The notes: generated by a model from the letters alone, not told the origin. DNA of 64,000 bases from Bacteroidales bacterium (GCA_016287075.1 JAEEVC010000012.1:23916-87915); one strand, 5' to 3'. Counted from the stretch's first letter, positions 54,787 through 64,000 are shown. Numbers and translations are program-made.

Positions 54787-55887
54787 ATGTTTTTCCAAGT
54801 TTACGGCGAACACGCCCTGGCCCAGTGGGGGATGCTTCTTGTCGTCCTCATCGGCCTCATCCTTTTCAATGAATTCGCCCGCCGGACCAAGGCTGGCGGC
54901 ATCATCACCTTCTTCGTCATTCCGCTGGCGCTGACCATCTACTTCCTTGCCATCGCCATCGGCGTCCGCACGGGAGCGGCCTGGGCCCTGGAGAACCAGA
55001 CCCATGTTTACATGCAGGGCTGGTTCCATTATGCCAAGCTCTATGCCGCCACGGCGGGGTGCATCGGTTTCATGATGATCAAGTACGAATGGGGCGTCGG
55101 TGCCAAGCAGTGGTTCAAGCCCTTCCCCTTCGTCATCGTGGCCATCAACATCCTCATCGCCTGCGTCTCCGACTTCGAGTCGGCCGTCATGGGCTGGAAC
55201 AAGTGGTGGCTGACCTCCGAAGGCGTCTGGCAGTACGGCGGCTGGCACAATGTCATGAACGGCGTCGCCGGCCTGCTCAACATCTTCTGCATGACCGCCT
55301 GGTGGAAGGTCTATCCCTCCAAGGACAGGAAGGACATGATCTGGGCCGACATGACCTGGGTCTATATCCTGGTCTATGATATCTGGAACTTCGCCTACAC
55401 CTACAACTGCCTCCCGACCCACAGCTGGTACTGCGGTATCGCGCTGCTCCTCGCCCCGACCATCGCAGCCCTTTGCTGGAACCGCGGCGGCTGGATCCAG
55501 AACCGTGCCAACACCCTCGCGATCTGGTGCATGTTCGCCCAGGTGTTCCCCCTGTTCCAGGAGACCTTCAAGAACGGTCAGCAGTGGTTCTCCTGGGCCA
55601 CGCTTCCCGTCCTCTATCCGGAAGGCGTCGCGACCATCGAGAAGCTCTATGCCGCCGGCGGCCAGGCAGCCGTTGACGGGATCGTCGGGACTACGGTGGA
55701 TCCCGCCCTCGTGGCAGCCAATCCGACCATGATGGTGATTATCAGCGCGCTCGCCCTCATCACCAATGCCGTCGCCCTCGGCTGGATCATCTGCATCGCG
55801 AAGAAGCGTCACATCAACCCGTACCGGGAAGACGTCTTCATCGACCAGAAGTACTACAAGGACGCCATGGCGCGCGCGGAAGTCTAA
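54787..55887 (+). CDS. Polytopic Trp-rich integral membrane protein (possibly DUF5692-like), function unknown
   Basis: About 9-10 hydrophobic helices and a very high Trp/aromatic content (WWLTSEGVWQYGGWHNVMN). The family assignment is from memory only. Confidence 0.7.
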   Translation: MFFQVYGEHALAQWGMLLVVLIGLILFNEFARRTKAGGIITFFVIPLALTIYFLAIAIGVRTGAAWALENQTHVYMQGWFHYAKLYAATAGCIGFMMIKYEWGVGAKQWFKPFPFVIVAINILIACVSDFESAVMGWNKWWLTSEGVWQYGGWHNVMNGVAGLLNIFCMTAWWKVYPSKDRKDMIWADMTWVYILVYDIWNFAYTYNCLPTHSWYCGIALLLAPTIAALCWNRGGWIQNRANTLAIWCMFAQVFPLFQETFKNGQQWFSWATLPVLYPEGVATIEKLYAAGGQAAVDGIVGTTVDPALVAANPTMMVIISALALITNAVALGWIICIAKKRHINPYREDVFIDQKYYKDAMARAEV

Positions 55888-55904
55888 TATTTCCGGACTC
55901 ACGG

Positions 55905-55946
55905 GAGGGCGGACGGGCCGGTGGCCTGTTTCCGCCCTCTTTTTTT
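55905..55946 (+). terminator. Rho-independent terminator
   Basis: GAGGGCGGA ... TCCGCCCTC with an inner GGCC stem, followed by TTTTTTT. Confidence 0.75.
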
Positions 55947-56177
55947 ATCATTTTATCGTCGAAAACATTTTCCGCTTCTTTCCCTATTCCCTTCAAAAAC
56001 CGCAAAAACCGCTAAATGTCGCAAAAAACGGAAAAATCCGACATTTGTTTTTTACGAAATGCTCTTTATTCCAGACCGGGTCCGGACCTTTGCAGAGGAC
56101 CCGGTCCTTTTGTATTACAAGACCTGGCGACGTTCCCCGGGCCCGCGCCGCCGGGAATCCGACTCTTTTCTGACCAA

Positions 56178-57104
56178 ATGGAATCCAAGACAAGATTTGC
56201 GAACATCCTGTTCGATGAAACCTTCAAGATCGTCATGGGCGCACCCGGAAATGACCCGCTGCTGATCAAAATCATTGAATTGCTCCTCCCCGGAAAACAA
56301 ATCAGGACGCTTCAACGGCTCGATAAAGAAAACCATGGTTTTGTTTTTTCTGACAAAAACACTACATTTGACTTGTTCTGCACATCCGGAACTGGAGAAC
56401 AGTTCATCGTGGAGATGCAGTTTGCCGAACAGGAGACGTACCGCGAACGCATGCTCTTTTATGCAACCTACCCCATCCGGGCCCAGATGGATGCCAGAAT
56501 CCGTGCCGTGGAGCAGGATCCGGAGCATCCGAAATGCAAAATGGATTACGCGCTCCATCCGGTCTATGTGCTGAGCATCCTGAACTTCCAGCTCCCGCAT
56601 AAAAGCGGCGAAGCCCTGGAAGACGGTCTGGTCAGCCGTTACGCCATCCGCAATGACGGGAACGGGGAACTGATGACGGAGGCACTCCACTTCGTCTATC
56701 TGGAGCTGGGACGGCTGGGACCCGGACAGGGAGAATGGGAACAATGTACGACCCCGGTCGAACAATTGGCCTATTCCTTGAAATACATGCACCTGCTGGA
56801 CAGACGGCCGAAAGGGTTTTCCGACGAGTTCCAGCGAATGCTTTACAAGGCGGCCGAACTGGCCGGCATGACACAGAAAACAAGAAGGGAATACGACAAG
56901 ACCATGACAACGAAAATCGACATCATCGAACAGCGGGAGTTTGCCCGCAAGCAAGGCTACGAAGAAGGAAAGGAGCAGGGCTATGGTGAAGGCTATGGTG
57001 AAGGCATCCGGAAGATAGCGGGGAAGATGCTCTCTTCCGGCATGTTGCCGGAGCAGGTACGGGCGTACACCGGCCTGTCCGAGGAAGAACTGAATGCGCT
57101 GTAG
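56178..57104 (+). CDS. Rpn-family recombination-promoting nuclease / PD-(D/E)xK putative transposase (PDDEXK_2-like)
   Basis: TFDLFCTSGTGEQFIVEMQFAEQ (D...E-x-Q core) and a C-terminal helical GYEEGKEQGYGEGYGEG...LSEEELNAL tail, typical of this family. I chose the ATG at 56178. G+C is lower than in the flanks. Confidence 0.8.
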   Translation: MESKTRFANILFDETFKIVMGAPGNDPLLIKIIELLLPGKQIRTLQRLDKENHGFVFSDKNTTFDLFCTSGTGEQFIVEMQFAEQETYRERMLFYATYPIRAQMDARIRAVEQDPEHPKCKMDYALHPVYVLSILNFQLPHKSGEALEDGLVSRYAIRNDGNGELMTEALHFVYLELGRLGPGQGEWEQCTTPVEQLAYSLKYMHLLDRRPKGFSDEFQRMLYKAAELAGMTQKTRREYDKTMTTKIDIIEQREFARKQGYEEGKEQGYGEGYGEGIRKIAGKMLSSGMLPEQVRAYTGLSEEELNAL

Positions 57105-57119
57105 ATTGCCTTTCCCGCC

Positions 57120-57899
57120 ATGGACAAGTTCGGAATCATAGGAAATCCGGTCGCCGGGTCGATGAGTCCCCGGCTGTTTACCGCCGCGTATGGCGGCAGA
57201 TGGCCGTACGAACTCATCGAGGGCGCGGATTTCGACGCGTCCTGGGCGCGGTTCCTCAGGGAATACAAGGGCATCAACATCACGGCGCCCTTCAAGGAAG
57301 ACGCTTTCCGTGCGGCCGACCGGGTCGCGCCGGCGGCGCGGCGCATCGGCGCGGTGAACCTCGCCGTCAAAACGCCCCACGGTGTCGAAGCGTATAACAC
57401 CGATTATGAAGGCGTCCGGCTTGCCCTGGCGGAGGCCGGGACCGACGCCGCACGGACGGCCCTGGTCGTCGGATGCGGCGGGGCCGGGCGGGCCGCCGCA
57501 GCGGCCGCGGTGGATGCCGGAATGCAGCTGGTACTGCAGAACCGCACGCGGAACCGGGCGGAAGTGCTCGCCGAGGTCTTTGGCGGATCGGTGGAAGACG
57601 ACCTCAGGACCGCCGTACGGGCGGCGGATGTCATCATCTATACCATTCCGCAGCCGACAGATGCCCTCCTGGACCTGCAGGAGGCCGATTTCGCCCCGGC
57701 GGAAGGTTGCCCCGGGAAGGTGGTGCTGGAGGCGAATTACAAGAATCCCGCCTTTCCGGGCGCCCTGCTGGAACGGTTGGAGCGCGCCGGAGGCCGCTAT
57801 GTGCCGGGCCGCAGATGGCTGCTGTACCAGGCCGTCACGGGTTATGCCCTGTTCACCGGGGTGGAGCCGGACAAGGAAAAAATCATGAACGCCCTATGA
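57120..57899 (+). CDS. aroE: Shikimate 5-dehydrogenase
   Basis: FGIIGNPVAGSMSPRL, GINITAPFK, NTDYEG and VVGCGGAGRAA. Confidence 0.9.
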   Translation: MDKFGIIGNPVAGSMSPRLFTAAYGGRWPYELIEGADFDASWARFLREYKGINITAPFKEDAFRAADRVAPAARRIGAVNLAVKTPHGVEAYNTDYEGVRLALAEAGTDAARTALVVGCGGAGRAAAAAAVDAGMQLVLQNRTRNRAEVLAEVFGGSVEDDLRTAVRAADVIIYTIPQPTDALLDLQEADFAPAEGCPGKVVLEANYKNPAFPGALLERLERAGGRYVPGRRWLLYQAVTGYALFTGVEPDKEKIMNAL

Positions 57900-60058
57900 A
57901 AAAACTGCTGAGATGCCTGCTGGTCGGCCTGCTCCTCCCGATGGGGACGCTGGACGGCTGCAGGACGCCGGACCAGCCGACGCCGGCAGAGCAACCCGGT
58001 GAAAAGCCCGACGAGAAACCCGAGGAGCCGCCGGTGCCCGTGGTCAAGTCGGACCCGGTGCGCATCGTCCTGACGAAGGCGAACATCGCCAACATGGACT
58101 ACACCTACGACGAAAGTTCTGACACCTATACGGTTACGACGACATCCGACGACCCGTACGTCTTCTCGGAGCGGCTGGCCGCCGACCTGCCGGACGACTG
58201 TGTCGTCCTGTCTTTCGAATACACCTCCGCCAGGGACGTCGATGATTTCCAGCTCTACTTCCCGCCGCTGTCGGAAGCCCGCTCCGGGCACTACGGCGCC
58301 ATGGCCAAGACCACGGCTTTCAAGCCCTTTGCCTGCCTCATCGAGGCGGACATGCTGAAGTTCAACTGGGGCTCCGCCAACCAGTTCCTCCGGCTCGATT
58401 TCGGGCACACTGCCAACAACACGCTGAGAATCAGGAATATCCAGATCCGCCCCATGACCGAGGAGGAAGAGCGGGCCCGCAACGAAAAGCTCGAGAACGA
58501 CAGGAGCAAGGAAGCGCAGGCCCTCCGCATCCGGGATTATCTCGGCAAGCATTACCCCTCCGCCGTTACGGACGTGACCGTGAGCGCCACGGAGGTCACG
58601 GTCACGGGGACGGCCGCCGGCACCGACGGCTATTTCCTGGCGGAAGTGACTCCCTATGACCCGTTCACGGAAGCCGGGACCTTCTCCCGCAAGACACCGC
58701 TGACCGGACGCAGCTTCACCGTTACGCTCCCCCGCCGGGCCGCCTATGACGGCTTCACCTATGACCGGCTCCTCTCCCGCTGGGTCGTGGTCAAGGGCGA
58801 CGGGATCGATTCGCACGCCCGCTATGCCGACAAAATCACCGGTGTTTCGAGCCTGCCGGAGGCCACCCTGAAGTCCAAGAAGGGCCTCGGCGGCTTCTTC
58901 GGCGAATCCACCCAGATCGCCGACCTGGACGCGCTCGGCATCACGAGCGTGACGGTCAACGTGGTCCTCAACGCCGTCATCAGTCCCGTCAGAACGGGGC
59001 AATTCACCCAGGAACATGTGTACGGAGGCAAGACCTACTATATCTCCACTTCCGAGCAGTCCTCGCTGGACAATGTCATGCTGGCCTGTTCCCGCCGCAA
59101 CATCGTCGTGTCCGCCATCCTCCTCGCCCAGCGGAACACCGACACGCCGACCGGGCGGATCCTGACCCATCCGGAGGCCACCGGCGGGCCTTATTCGATG
59201 CCGAACATGACCACGGCCGAGAGCGTCAACCTGTACGCCGCCGTCCTCGACTGGCTCGCGTCCCGGTACAGCAGCGTCGTTTACGGCCGCATCCACCACT
59301 GGATCCTCCACAACGAGATCGACTTCCAGAAAGAATGGACCAACATGGGCGACCAGCCGGAACTCCTCTACATGGACGCCTACGTCAAGTCGATGCGGAT
59401 GGCGAACCTGATCGCCCGGAAGTACGACGCGCATGCCGCCTCCCTGATCTCACTCACCCACTGCTGGACGAAGGCCGACGGCCAGTTCGCCCCGAAAGAC
59501 CTCCTGGAGGACCTGAAGGCCTGTTCCGCGGCCGAGGGCGACTTCCGGTGGGGCGTCGCGGCCCATCCCTATCCGCAGAGCCTGTCCCAACCCGCCTTCT
59601 GGAAAAACGACACCCAGTCCACCTACGGCAGGAACACGTCCTACATCACGTTCAAGAACCTGGAGGTCCTCAGCGACTGGGCGCTCCGGGCGGAGAACAA
59701 GGCCGCGGACGGGCGCAAGCGCATCGTCTTCCTCTCCGAAAACGGGACCAACTCCCCGTCCTACAGCGATGCCGACCTTGCCCTCCAGGCCGCCGGTGCC
59801 TGCTGGATGTGGAAAAAGGTCTCCCGCCTGCCCGGCATCGACGCCGTCCAGTGGCACAACTGGCGGGACAACAAGGCGGAGGGCGGACTCCGGATCGGCC
59901 TGCGGAAATTCCCGGAGAGTCCGGACAATGGCGCGGTCAAGCCGGTCTGGAACGTCTATTGGGCGGCCGGCACCAGCAACGAGGAAAAGGTCTTCGCCCC
60001 GTACCTGTCCGTCATCGGCATCGCCTCCTGGGAGGAAATCCACCACGAAGTCGAATGA
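57896..60058 (+). CDS. Lipoprotein with C-terminal (beta/alpha)8 clan-GH-A-like domain (DUF5722-like putative glycoside hydrolase)
   Basis: MKKLLRCLLVGLLLPMGTLDGC lipobox. HWILHNEIDF (candidate acid/base NE) and VFLSENGTN (candidate nucleophile E) are spaced as in GH-A enzymes. The ATG overlaps the aroE stop (ATGA). The track start at 57473 is artefactual. Confidence 0.72.
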   Translation: MKKLLRCLLVGLLLPMGTLDGCRTPDQPTPAEQPGEKPDEKPEEPPVPVVKSDPVRIVLTKANIANMDYTYDESSDTYTVTTTSDDPYVFSERLAADLPDDCVVLSFEYTSARDVDDFQLYFPPLSEARSGHYGAMAKTTAFKPFACLIEADMLKFNWGSANQFLRLDFGHTANNTLRIRNIQIRPMTEEEERARNEKLENDRSKEAQALRIRDYLGKHYPSAVTDVTVSATEVTVTGTAAGTDGYFLAEVTPYDPFTEAGTFSRKTPLTGRSFTVTLPRRAAYDGFTYDRLLSRWVVVKGDGIDSHARYADKITGVSSLPEATLKSKKGLGGFFGESTQIADLDALGITSVTVNVVLNAVISPVRTGQFTQEHVYGGKTYYISTSEQSSLDNVMLACSRRNIVVSAILLAQRNTDTPTGRILTHPEATGGPYSMPNMTTAESVNLYAAVLDWLASRYSSVVYGRIHHWILHNEIDFQKEWTNMGDQPELLYMDAYVKSMRMANLIARKYDAHAASLISLTHCWTKADGQFAPKDLLEDLKACSAAEGDFRWGVAAHPYPQSLSQPAFWKNDTQSTYGRNTSYITFKNLEVLSDWALRAENKAADGRKRIVFLSENGTNSPSYSDADLALQAAGACWMWKKVSRLPGIDAVQWHNWRDNKAEGGLRIGLRKFPESPDNGAVKPVWNVYWAAGTSNEEKVFAPYLSVIGIASWEEIHHEVE

Positions 60059-60132
60059 TTTTTCGGCCCCTCCCCGTACGGATTTCCAACGGAAATGCGT
60101 ACCTTGCAAAGAATTTGATAAACCTTTAGAAT

Positions 60133-60672
60133 ATGGCACTCAACAAAGTCATGCTGATCGGTAACGTTGGACAAGACCCCGAAGTACGTTACCTTGAATC
60201 CAATCCCCAGAATCCCGGCGGCAACGCGAAAGTCGCCACCATCCGCCTCGCCACCTCGGAACGCTACCGCGACCGCAACGGCGAGCAGCGCGAAAACACC
60301 GAATGGCACAACATCGTCGTATGGCGCAGCCAGGCCGACGTCGTCGAAAAATTCGTCCGGAAGGGCAGCCAGATCTACGTGGAGGGCAAGCTCCGCACCC
60401 GCAGCTGGACCGACCAGACCGGAGGCAAGCGCTACACCACCGAAATCGTCGCCGACACCATCCAGCTCCTCGGCCGCAGGCCGGACCAGGAAGGCGCCCC
60501 GCAGCAGGGTGGCTACCAGCAAGGCGGTTACCCGCAGGGCGGCTACCAGCAGGCCCCTGCCCGTCCGGCACCCCAGCAAGCCTACCAGCAGCCCGCGTAC
60601 GGCCCCGCCGCTCCCGTTCCGCCCGCAGCCCCGGATGCCGGTCAAGGCCCCGAAGACGATCTCCCTTTCTAA
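60133..60672 (+). CDS. ssb: Single-stranded DNA-binding protein
   Basis: [26 protein letters not shown], a Gly/Gln/Tyr-rich linker and an acidic tip DDLPF. Confidence 0.95.
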   Translation: MALNKVMLIGNVGQDPEVRYLESNPQNPGGNAKVATIRLATSERYRDRNGEQRENTEWHNIVVWRSQADVVEKFVRKGSQIYVEGKLRTRSWTDQTGGKRYTTEIVADTIQLLGRRPDQEGAPQQGGYQQGGYPQGGYQQAPARPAPQQAYQQPAYGPAAPVPPAAPDAGQGPEDDLPF

Positions 60673-60690
60673 TCCCTAATCCTTTCCATC

Positions 60691-62325
60691 ATGGCTGAAA
60701 CCATCAAGAAAACCCTGCGGGATTCCGCAGCGATGCGCTGGACCGCCCTCCTGCTGCTGGCCCTCGCAATGTTCTGTTGCTATATTTTCATGGACATCCT
60801 CTCCCCGATCAAGGACCTGATGCAGGAGACCCGGGGCTGGGATTCCACCGCCTTCGGCACCATGCAGGGGTCCGAGGTGTTCCTCAACGTCTTCGTGTTC
60901 TTCCTCATCTTCGCGGGGATCATCCTCGACAAGATGGGGGTCCGCTTCACCGCCGTCCTTTCGGCCGCGGTCATGCTGGTCGGCGCCGTCATCAAGTGGT
61001 TCGCCGTCAGCGAGGCCTTCATGGGCAGCGGCCTCGAGACCTGGTTCACGAACAACCTCAACTACATCCCCCTCTTCGACGAACTCGGGGTATCCCCCTT
61101 CTACCGGGGCATGCCCGCGTCCGCCAAGGTGGCCGCCTGCGGCTTCATGATCTTCGGCTGCGGCTGCGAAATGGCCGGCATCACGGTCAGCCGCGGAATC
61201 GTCAAGTGGTTCAAGGGACGTGAGATGGCCCTCGCCATGGGCTCCGAAATGGCCCTGGCGCGCCTCGGCGTCGCGACCTGCATGATCTTCTCGCCCTTCT
61301 TCGCCCGTCTCGGCGGCAAGGTGGACGTCTCCCGCTCCGTCGCGTTCGGCGTGGTGCTCCTGTGCATCGCCCTGATCATGACCATCGTCTATTTCTTCAT
61401 GGACAAGAAGCTCGACGCGCAGACCGGCGAGGCCGAGGAGAAGGACGACCCGTTCAAGGTCAGCGACATCGGCCGCATCCTTTCCGACGGCGGTTTCTGG
61501 ATCGTCGCCCTGCTCTGCGTCCTGTACTACTCGGCCATCTTCCCCTTCCAGAAGTACGCCGTGAACATGCTCCAGTGCAACCTGACCCTGGTTCCGCCGG
61601 CGGCCGACTCCTTCTGGGCCGGTTCCAGCGTGACCATCGTCCAGTACATCATCATGCTCCTGGTCGCCGCGACCGGCTTCGCGAGCAACTTCCAGAAGAA
61701 GAAGGCCAGCCAGTTCACCCTGCTCGGGATCTCCTTCGCCGCCCTCATCGCCTACTGCGTCATGGGCTTCATGCGCCAGAGCGCCGAATCCATCTTCGCG
61801 GTCTTCCCGCTGCTGGCGGTGCTGATCACCCCGATTCTCGGGAACTACCTGGACCAGAAGGGCAAAGGTGCTTCGATGCTCGTACTCGGCGCCATCCTCC
61901 TGATCGCCTGCCACCTGACCTTCGCCTTCGTGCTGCCCGCCTTCAAGGGCAACGCCGTCGGCGGCGTCATCGTCGCCTATGCGACCATCCTCGTGCTCGG
62001 CGCCAGCTTCTCGCTGGTCCCCGCGGCCCTGTGGCCCTCCGTGCCGAAGCTCGTGGACGCCAAGGTCATCGGCTCGGCCTACGCGCTGATCTTCTGGATC
62101 CAGAACATCGGACTCTGGCTCTTCCCGCTGCTGATCGGCAAGGTCCTCGACAAGACCAACCCGGGCGTCACGGACCCGACCCAGTTCAACTACACGGCCC
62201 CGCTCGTGATGCTCGCCTGCCTCGGCCTCGCCGCCCTCGTGCTCGGCCTCATCCTGAAAGTCGTCGACAAGAAGAAGCACCTCGGCCTGGAACTGCCCAA
62301 TATCCAGCAGGAACAGGAAGCATGA
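60691..62325 (+). CDS. MFS transporter (544 aa)
   Basis: About 12 TMs and MFS loop motifs (GIILDKMGVRF). Confidence 0.85.
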   Translation: MAETIKKTLRDSAAMRWTALLLLALAMFCCYIFMDILSPIKDLMQETRGWDSTAFGTMQGSEVFLNVFVFFLIFAGIILDKMGVRFTAVLSAAVMLVGAVIKWFAVSEAFMGSGLETWFTNNLNYIPLFDELGVSPFYRGMPASAKVAACGFMIFGCGCEMAGITVSRGIVKWFKGREMALAMGSEMALARLGVATCMIFSPFFARLGGKVDVSRSVAFGVVLLCIALIMTIVYFFMDKKLDAQTGEAEEKDDPFKVSDIGRILSDGGFWIVALLCVLYYSAIFPFQKYAVNMLQCNLTLVPPAADSFWAGSSVTIVQYIIMLLVAATGFASNFQKKKASQFTLLGISFAALIAYCVMGFMRQSAESIFAVFPLLAVLITPILGNYLDQKGKGASMLVLGAILLIACHLTFAFVLPAFKGNAVGGVIVAYATILVLGASFSLVPAALWPSVPKLVDAKVIGSAYALIFWIQNIGLWLFPLLIGKVLDKTNPGVTDPTQFNYTAPLVMLACLGLAALVLGLILKVVDKKKHLGLELPNIQQEQEA

Positions 62326-63638
62326 GTCCGCGCCGCCCCAACCTCCGGCGGTCGGCGTGCTGGATCGCGCTCGCCTGTCTGGTGGTCCCGATGTTCGCAT
62401 CGTATTTCTTCGACGATATGTTCTCCAGCATATCGTACCTGTTCGAGCACCCGTCCCTGACCGCGCTCGGATGGGACGAGAACATGTACGGGAAATACAC
62501 CAGCGGCTACAGCGTCCTCTGCATTTTCGGCGGCCTCGCCCTGTTCGGCATGCTGCTGGACAAGTGGGGCGTCCGCGTGGCCGGCACGCTCTACATGGGG
62601 ATGATGGTCGCCGGCGCCGGGCTCGTGACCTGGGCCCTCCTTTCGGGACAGGCGAAGTCGGCGACGGTGGCCTACGCGGGCTGCATGGTCTTCGGTCTCG
62701 GCAGCGAGATGGCCGGGACGGTGGTGAACCGTTCCATCGGCCGCTGGTTCAAGGACGGAGGCATGGCGCTCGCCATGGGCCTCCACCTGGCCATCGCCCG
62801 CCTCGGCACGGCCTTCGCCCTCGTCATCTCGCCGAAGCTGGTCGTGCAGCAGGCCAACCATGTGTATTCGCTCTCCGAGACCGCCCGGCCCGCCCTGCTC
62901 GGCATGGGCCTGATGGCGGTGGGGCTCATCCTCTGGGCCCTGTTCGTCACCCTGGACGCACGGCGTTTCCCGAAACGGGGCGGCCAGGAGAACAAAGCCG
63001 ATGATTTCCACTTCGCCGATGCGCTCAAAGTCCTGGGGAACAAGAACTTCTGGCTGCTCGGCCTGCTCTGCGTCCTGTTTTACAGCAGCATCGTCGCCTT
63101 CAAGAAATTCGCCGGCGCCATCCTGATCCCGCGTTTCGGCGTCCCCGCCGAGGCCGCCGGCTGGATGGTCTCCATGCTGCCTTTTTCCACCGTCGTCTTC
63201 GCCCCGCTCTTCGGGCTGATGGTGGACAAGGCGGGCAAGGGGACGCGCTGGATGGTCCTCGGTTCCATCCTCGCCCTGGCCGCGCACCTGATGCTGGCCT
63301 TCGCCCCTTCCGGCGTGCCCTTCTGGGGGTATCTGTCCATGGGATTCCTCGGCTTCGGCTACTCCCTCGTCCCGGCCGCCCTCTGGCCCAGCGTCACGAA
63401 GATCGTCCCCGACAAGATCCTGGGGACGACCTTCGCGCTCATCTACTGGGTCCAGAACCTCGGCCTGCTGGTATTCAAGCGCCTCGCGGGAAGCATCCTC
63501 GGCAGCGCATCCGGCACGCCGGTCACCGTGGAACTGATGTTCACGGGGCTGTGCGTCGCGGCCGTGGGGATCGCCCTCCTGTTCGCCCGGACGTCCCGCC
63601 GGCATCCGGAACTGGGGCTGGACCGGCCTGCAAAATAA
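62322..63638 (+). CDS. MFS transporter, paralog of the upstream gene (438 aa)
   Basis: Aligns with the upstream gene (GMLLDKWGVRV, EMAGTVVNRSIGRWFKDGGMALAMG versus EMAGITVSRGIVKWFKGREMALAMG). The ATGA start overlaps the upstream stop. The track start at 61362 is artefactual. Confidence 0.85.
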   Translation: MSPRRPNLRRSACWIALACLVVPMFASYFFDDMFSSISYLFEHPSLTALGWDENMYGKYTSGYSVLCIFGGLALFGMLLDKWGVRVAGTLYMGMMVAGAGLVTWALLSGQAKSATVAYAGCMVFGLGSEMAGTVVNRSIGRWFKDGGMALAMGLHLAIARLGTAFALVISPKLVVQQANHVYSLSETARPALLGMGLMAVGLILWALFVTLDARRFPKRGGQENKADDFHFADALKVLGNKNFWLLGLLCVLFYSSIVAFKKFAGAILIPRFGVPAEAAGWMVSMLPFSTVVFAPLFGLMVDKAGKGTRWMVLGSILALAAHLMLAFAPSGVPFWGYLSMGFLGFGYSLVPAALWPSVTKIVPDKILGTTFALIYWVQNLGLLVFKRLAGSILGSASGTPVTVELMFTGLCVAAVGIALLFARTSRRHPELGLDRPAK

Positions 63639-63647
63639 GATTCGGAC

Positions 63648-64000
63648 ATGTACAAGATCCTCGACACCATCGATTCGCCCGCCGACCTCCGGAAACTCGA
63701 CCTGGAGGGGCTCCGGACCCTGTGCGCGGAGATCCGCGACTACATGGTCCGCTGCTGCGCGGAGAATCCCGGGCACCTCGGCTCGAGTCTCGGCAGCGTG
63801 GAACTGATTGTCGCACTCCATTATATATATAATACGCCCGCGGACCGGATCGTCTTCGACGTCGGCCACCAGGCCTATGCCCACAAGATCCTCACCGGCA
63901 GGCGGGAGGCCTTCCGCCACATCCGCACCCGGGACGGGATCAGCGGTTTCCCCCGGATGGAGGAGAGCCCGTACGACGCCTTCGGGGCCGGCCATTCCTC
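63648..64000 (+). CDS. dxs: 1-deoxy-D-xylulose-5-phosphate synthase, N-terminal 117 codons (runs off window)
   Basis: Absent from the track because there is no stop in the window. The translation is [17 protein letters not shown]...[47 protein letters not shown]...DGISGFP, the canonical Dxs N-terminus. Confidence 0.9.
   Translation, partial: MYKILDTIDSPADLRKLDLEGLRTLCAEIRDYMVRCCAENPGHLGSSLGSVELIVALHYIYNTPADRIVFDVGHQAYAHKILTGRREAFRHIRTRDGISGFPRMEESPYDAFGAGHS

Noticed and set aside
17-63995. Very long ORFs antisense to the called genes. Examples are 17..2698+, 4788..7256+, 9412..10605-, 10816..12273-, 12608..14425-, 15754..17751+, 21452..23449+, 27142..29145+, 29965..31416-, 31570..34206-, 36056..37612-, 37673..40684-, 42320..44398-, 45444..48683-, 50455..52038+, 52078..53865-, 54766..55902-, 57842..59434-, 60676..62400- and 62190..63995-.
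   Set aside because: Their translations are Arg/Gly/Ala/Pro/Asp-rich low-information strings with no recognisable motifs. Each lies opposite a gene with strong family signatures. High G+C suppresses stop codons on the antisense strand.
1-64000. Search for rRNA, tRNA, tmRNA, RNase P, CRISPR arrays, prophage, integrase or IS elements.
   Set aside because: Reading the intergenic regions turned up none of their hallmark sequences. The only mobile-type gene is the Rpn/PDDEXK_2 ORF.

Overview
This window looks like a high-G+C Bacteroidota (Bacteroidales-type) chromosome segment. The evidence is a SusC/SusD pair, a complete Bat operon, BACON/fimbrillin-like lipoproteins, TAnnTTTG promoter boxes and no Shine-Dalgarno signals. 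It is densely coding, with about 50 supportable genes. In order, the content is:
- Minus-strand operon yihA-prs-small ORF-der-rmuC; rmuC runs off the left edge and is missing from the ORF track.
- A 1183-aa multi-TM NtrY-like histidine kinase overlapping rlmH.
- A SusC/SusD PUL with an unknown lipoprotein and a convergent DUF4965 glutaminase-like enzyme.
- A small islet holding a beta-barrel OMP and an orphan 219-aa gene bracketed by two different palindromic repeat families.
- nhaC, then the Bat operon moxR-DUF58-hyp-batA-batB-batC-batD, with batD fused in frame to batE.
- truA.
- An accessory surface-lipoprotein locus: three tandem FISUMP-like paralogs, a BadF-type sugar kinase and a 1147-aa chimeric lipoprotein.
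- exbB-exbD-tonB.
- rluB-era-parC-aroK-pspC-trmH.
- A 656-bp repeat-dense non-coding stretch.
- lysS and recJ.
- A compositionally mosaic islet: a low-GC lipoprotein, a membrane protein and an Rpn/PDDEXK_2 nuclease.
- aroE coupled to a clan-GH-A-like lipoprotein.
- ssb, two tandem MFS transporters, and the 5' end of dxs (also missing from the track).

I found no rRNA, tRNA, CRISPR array, integrase or IS transposase. Most long track ORFs lying antisense to these genes are stop-poor GC artefacts.

The best novelty candidates are:
- Two short structured repeat families, each with two copies in the window that show compensatory changes.
- The orphan gene these repeats bracket.
- The repeat-dense intergenic region at 49.8-50.5 kb.
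- The modular FISUMP-like/fimbrillin-like lipoprotein locus at 30.0-41.2 kb.

I cannot name a single proven new system. All functional calls rest on motif recognition by eye, with no database search.
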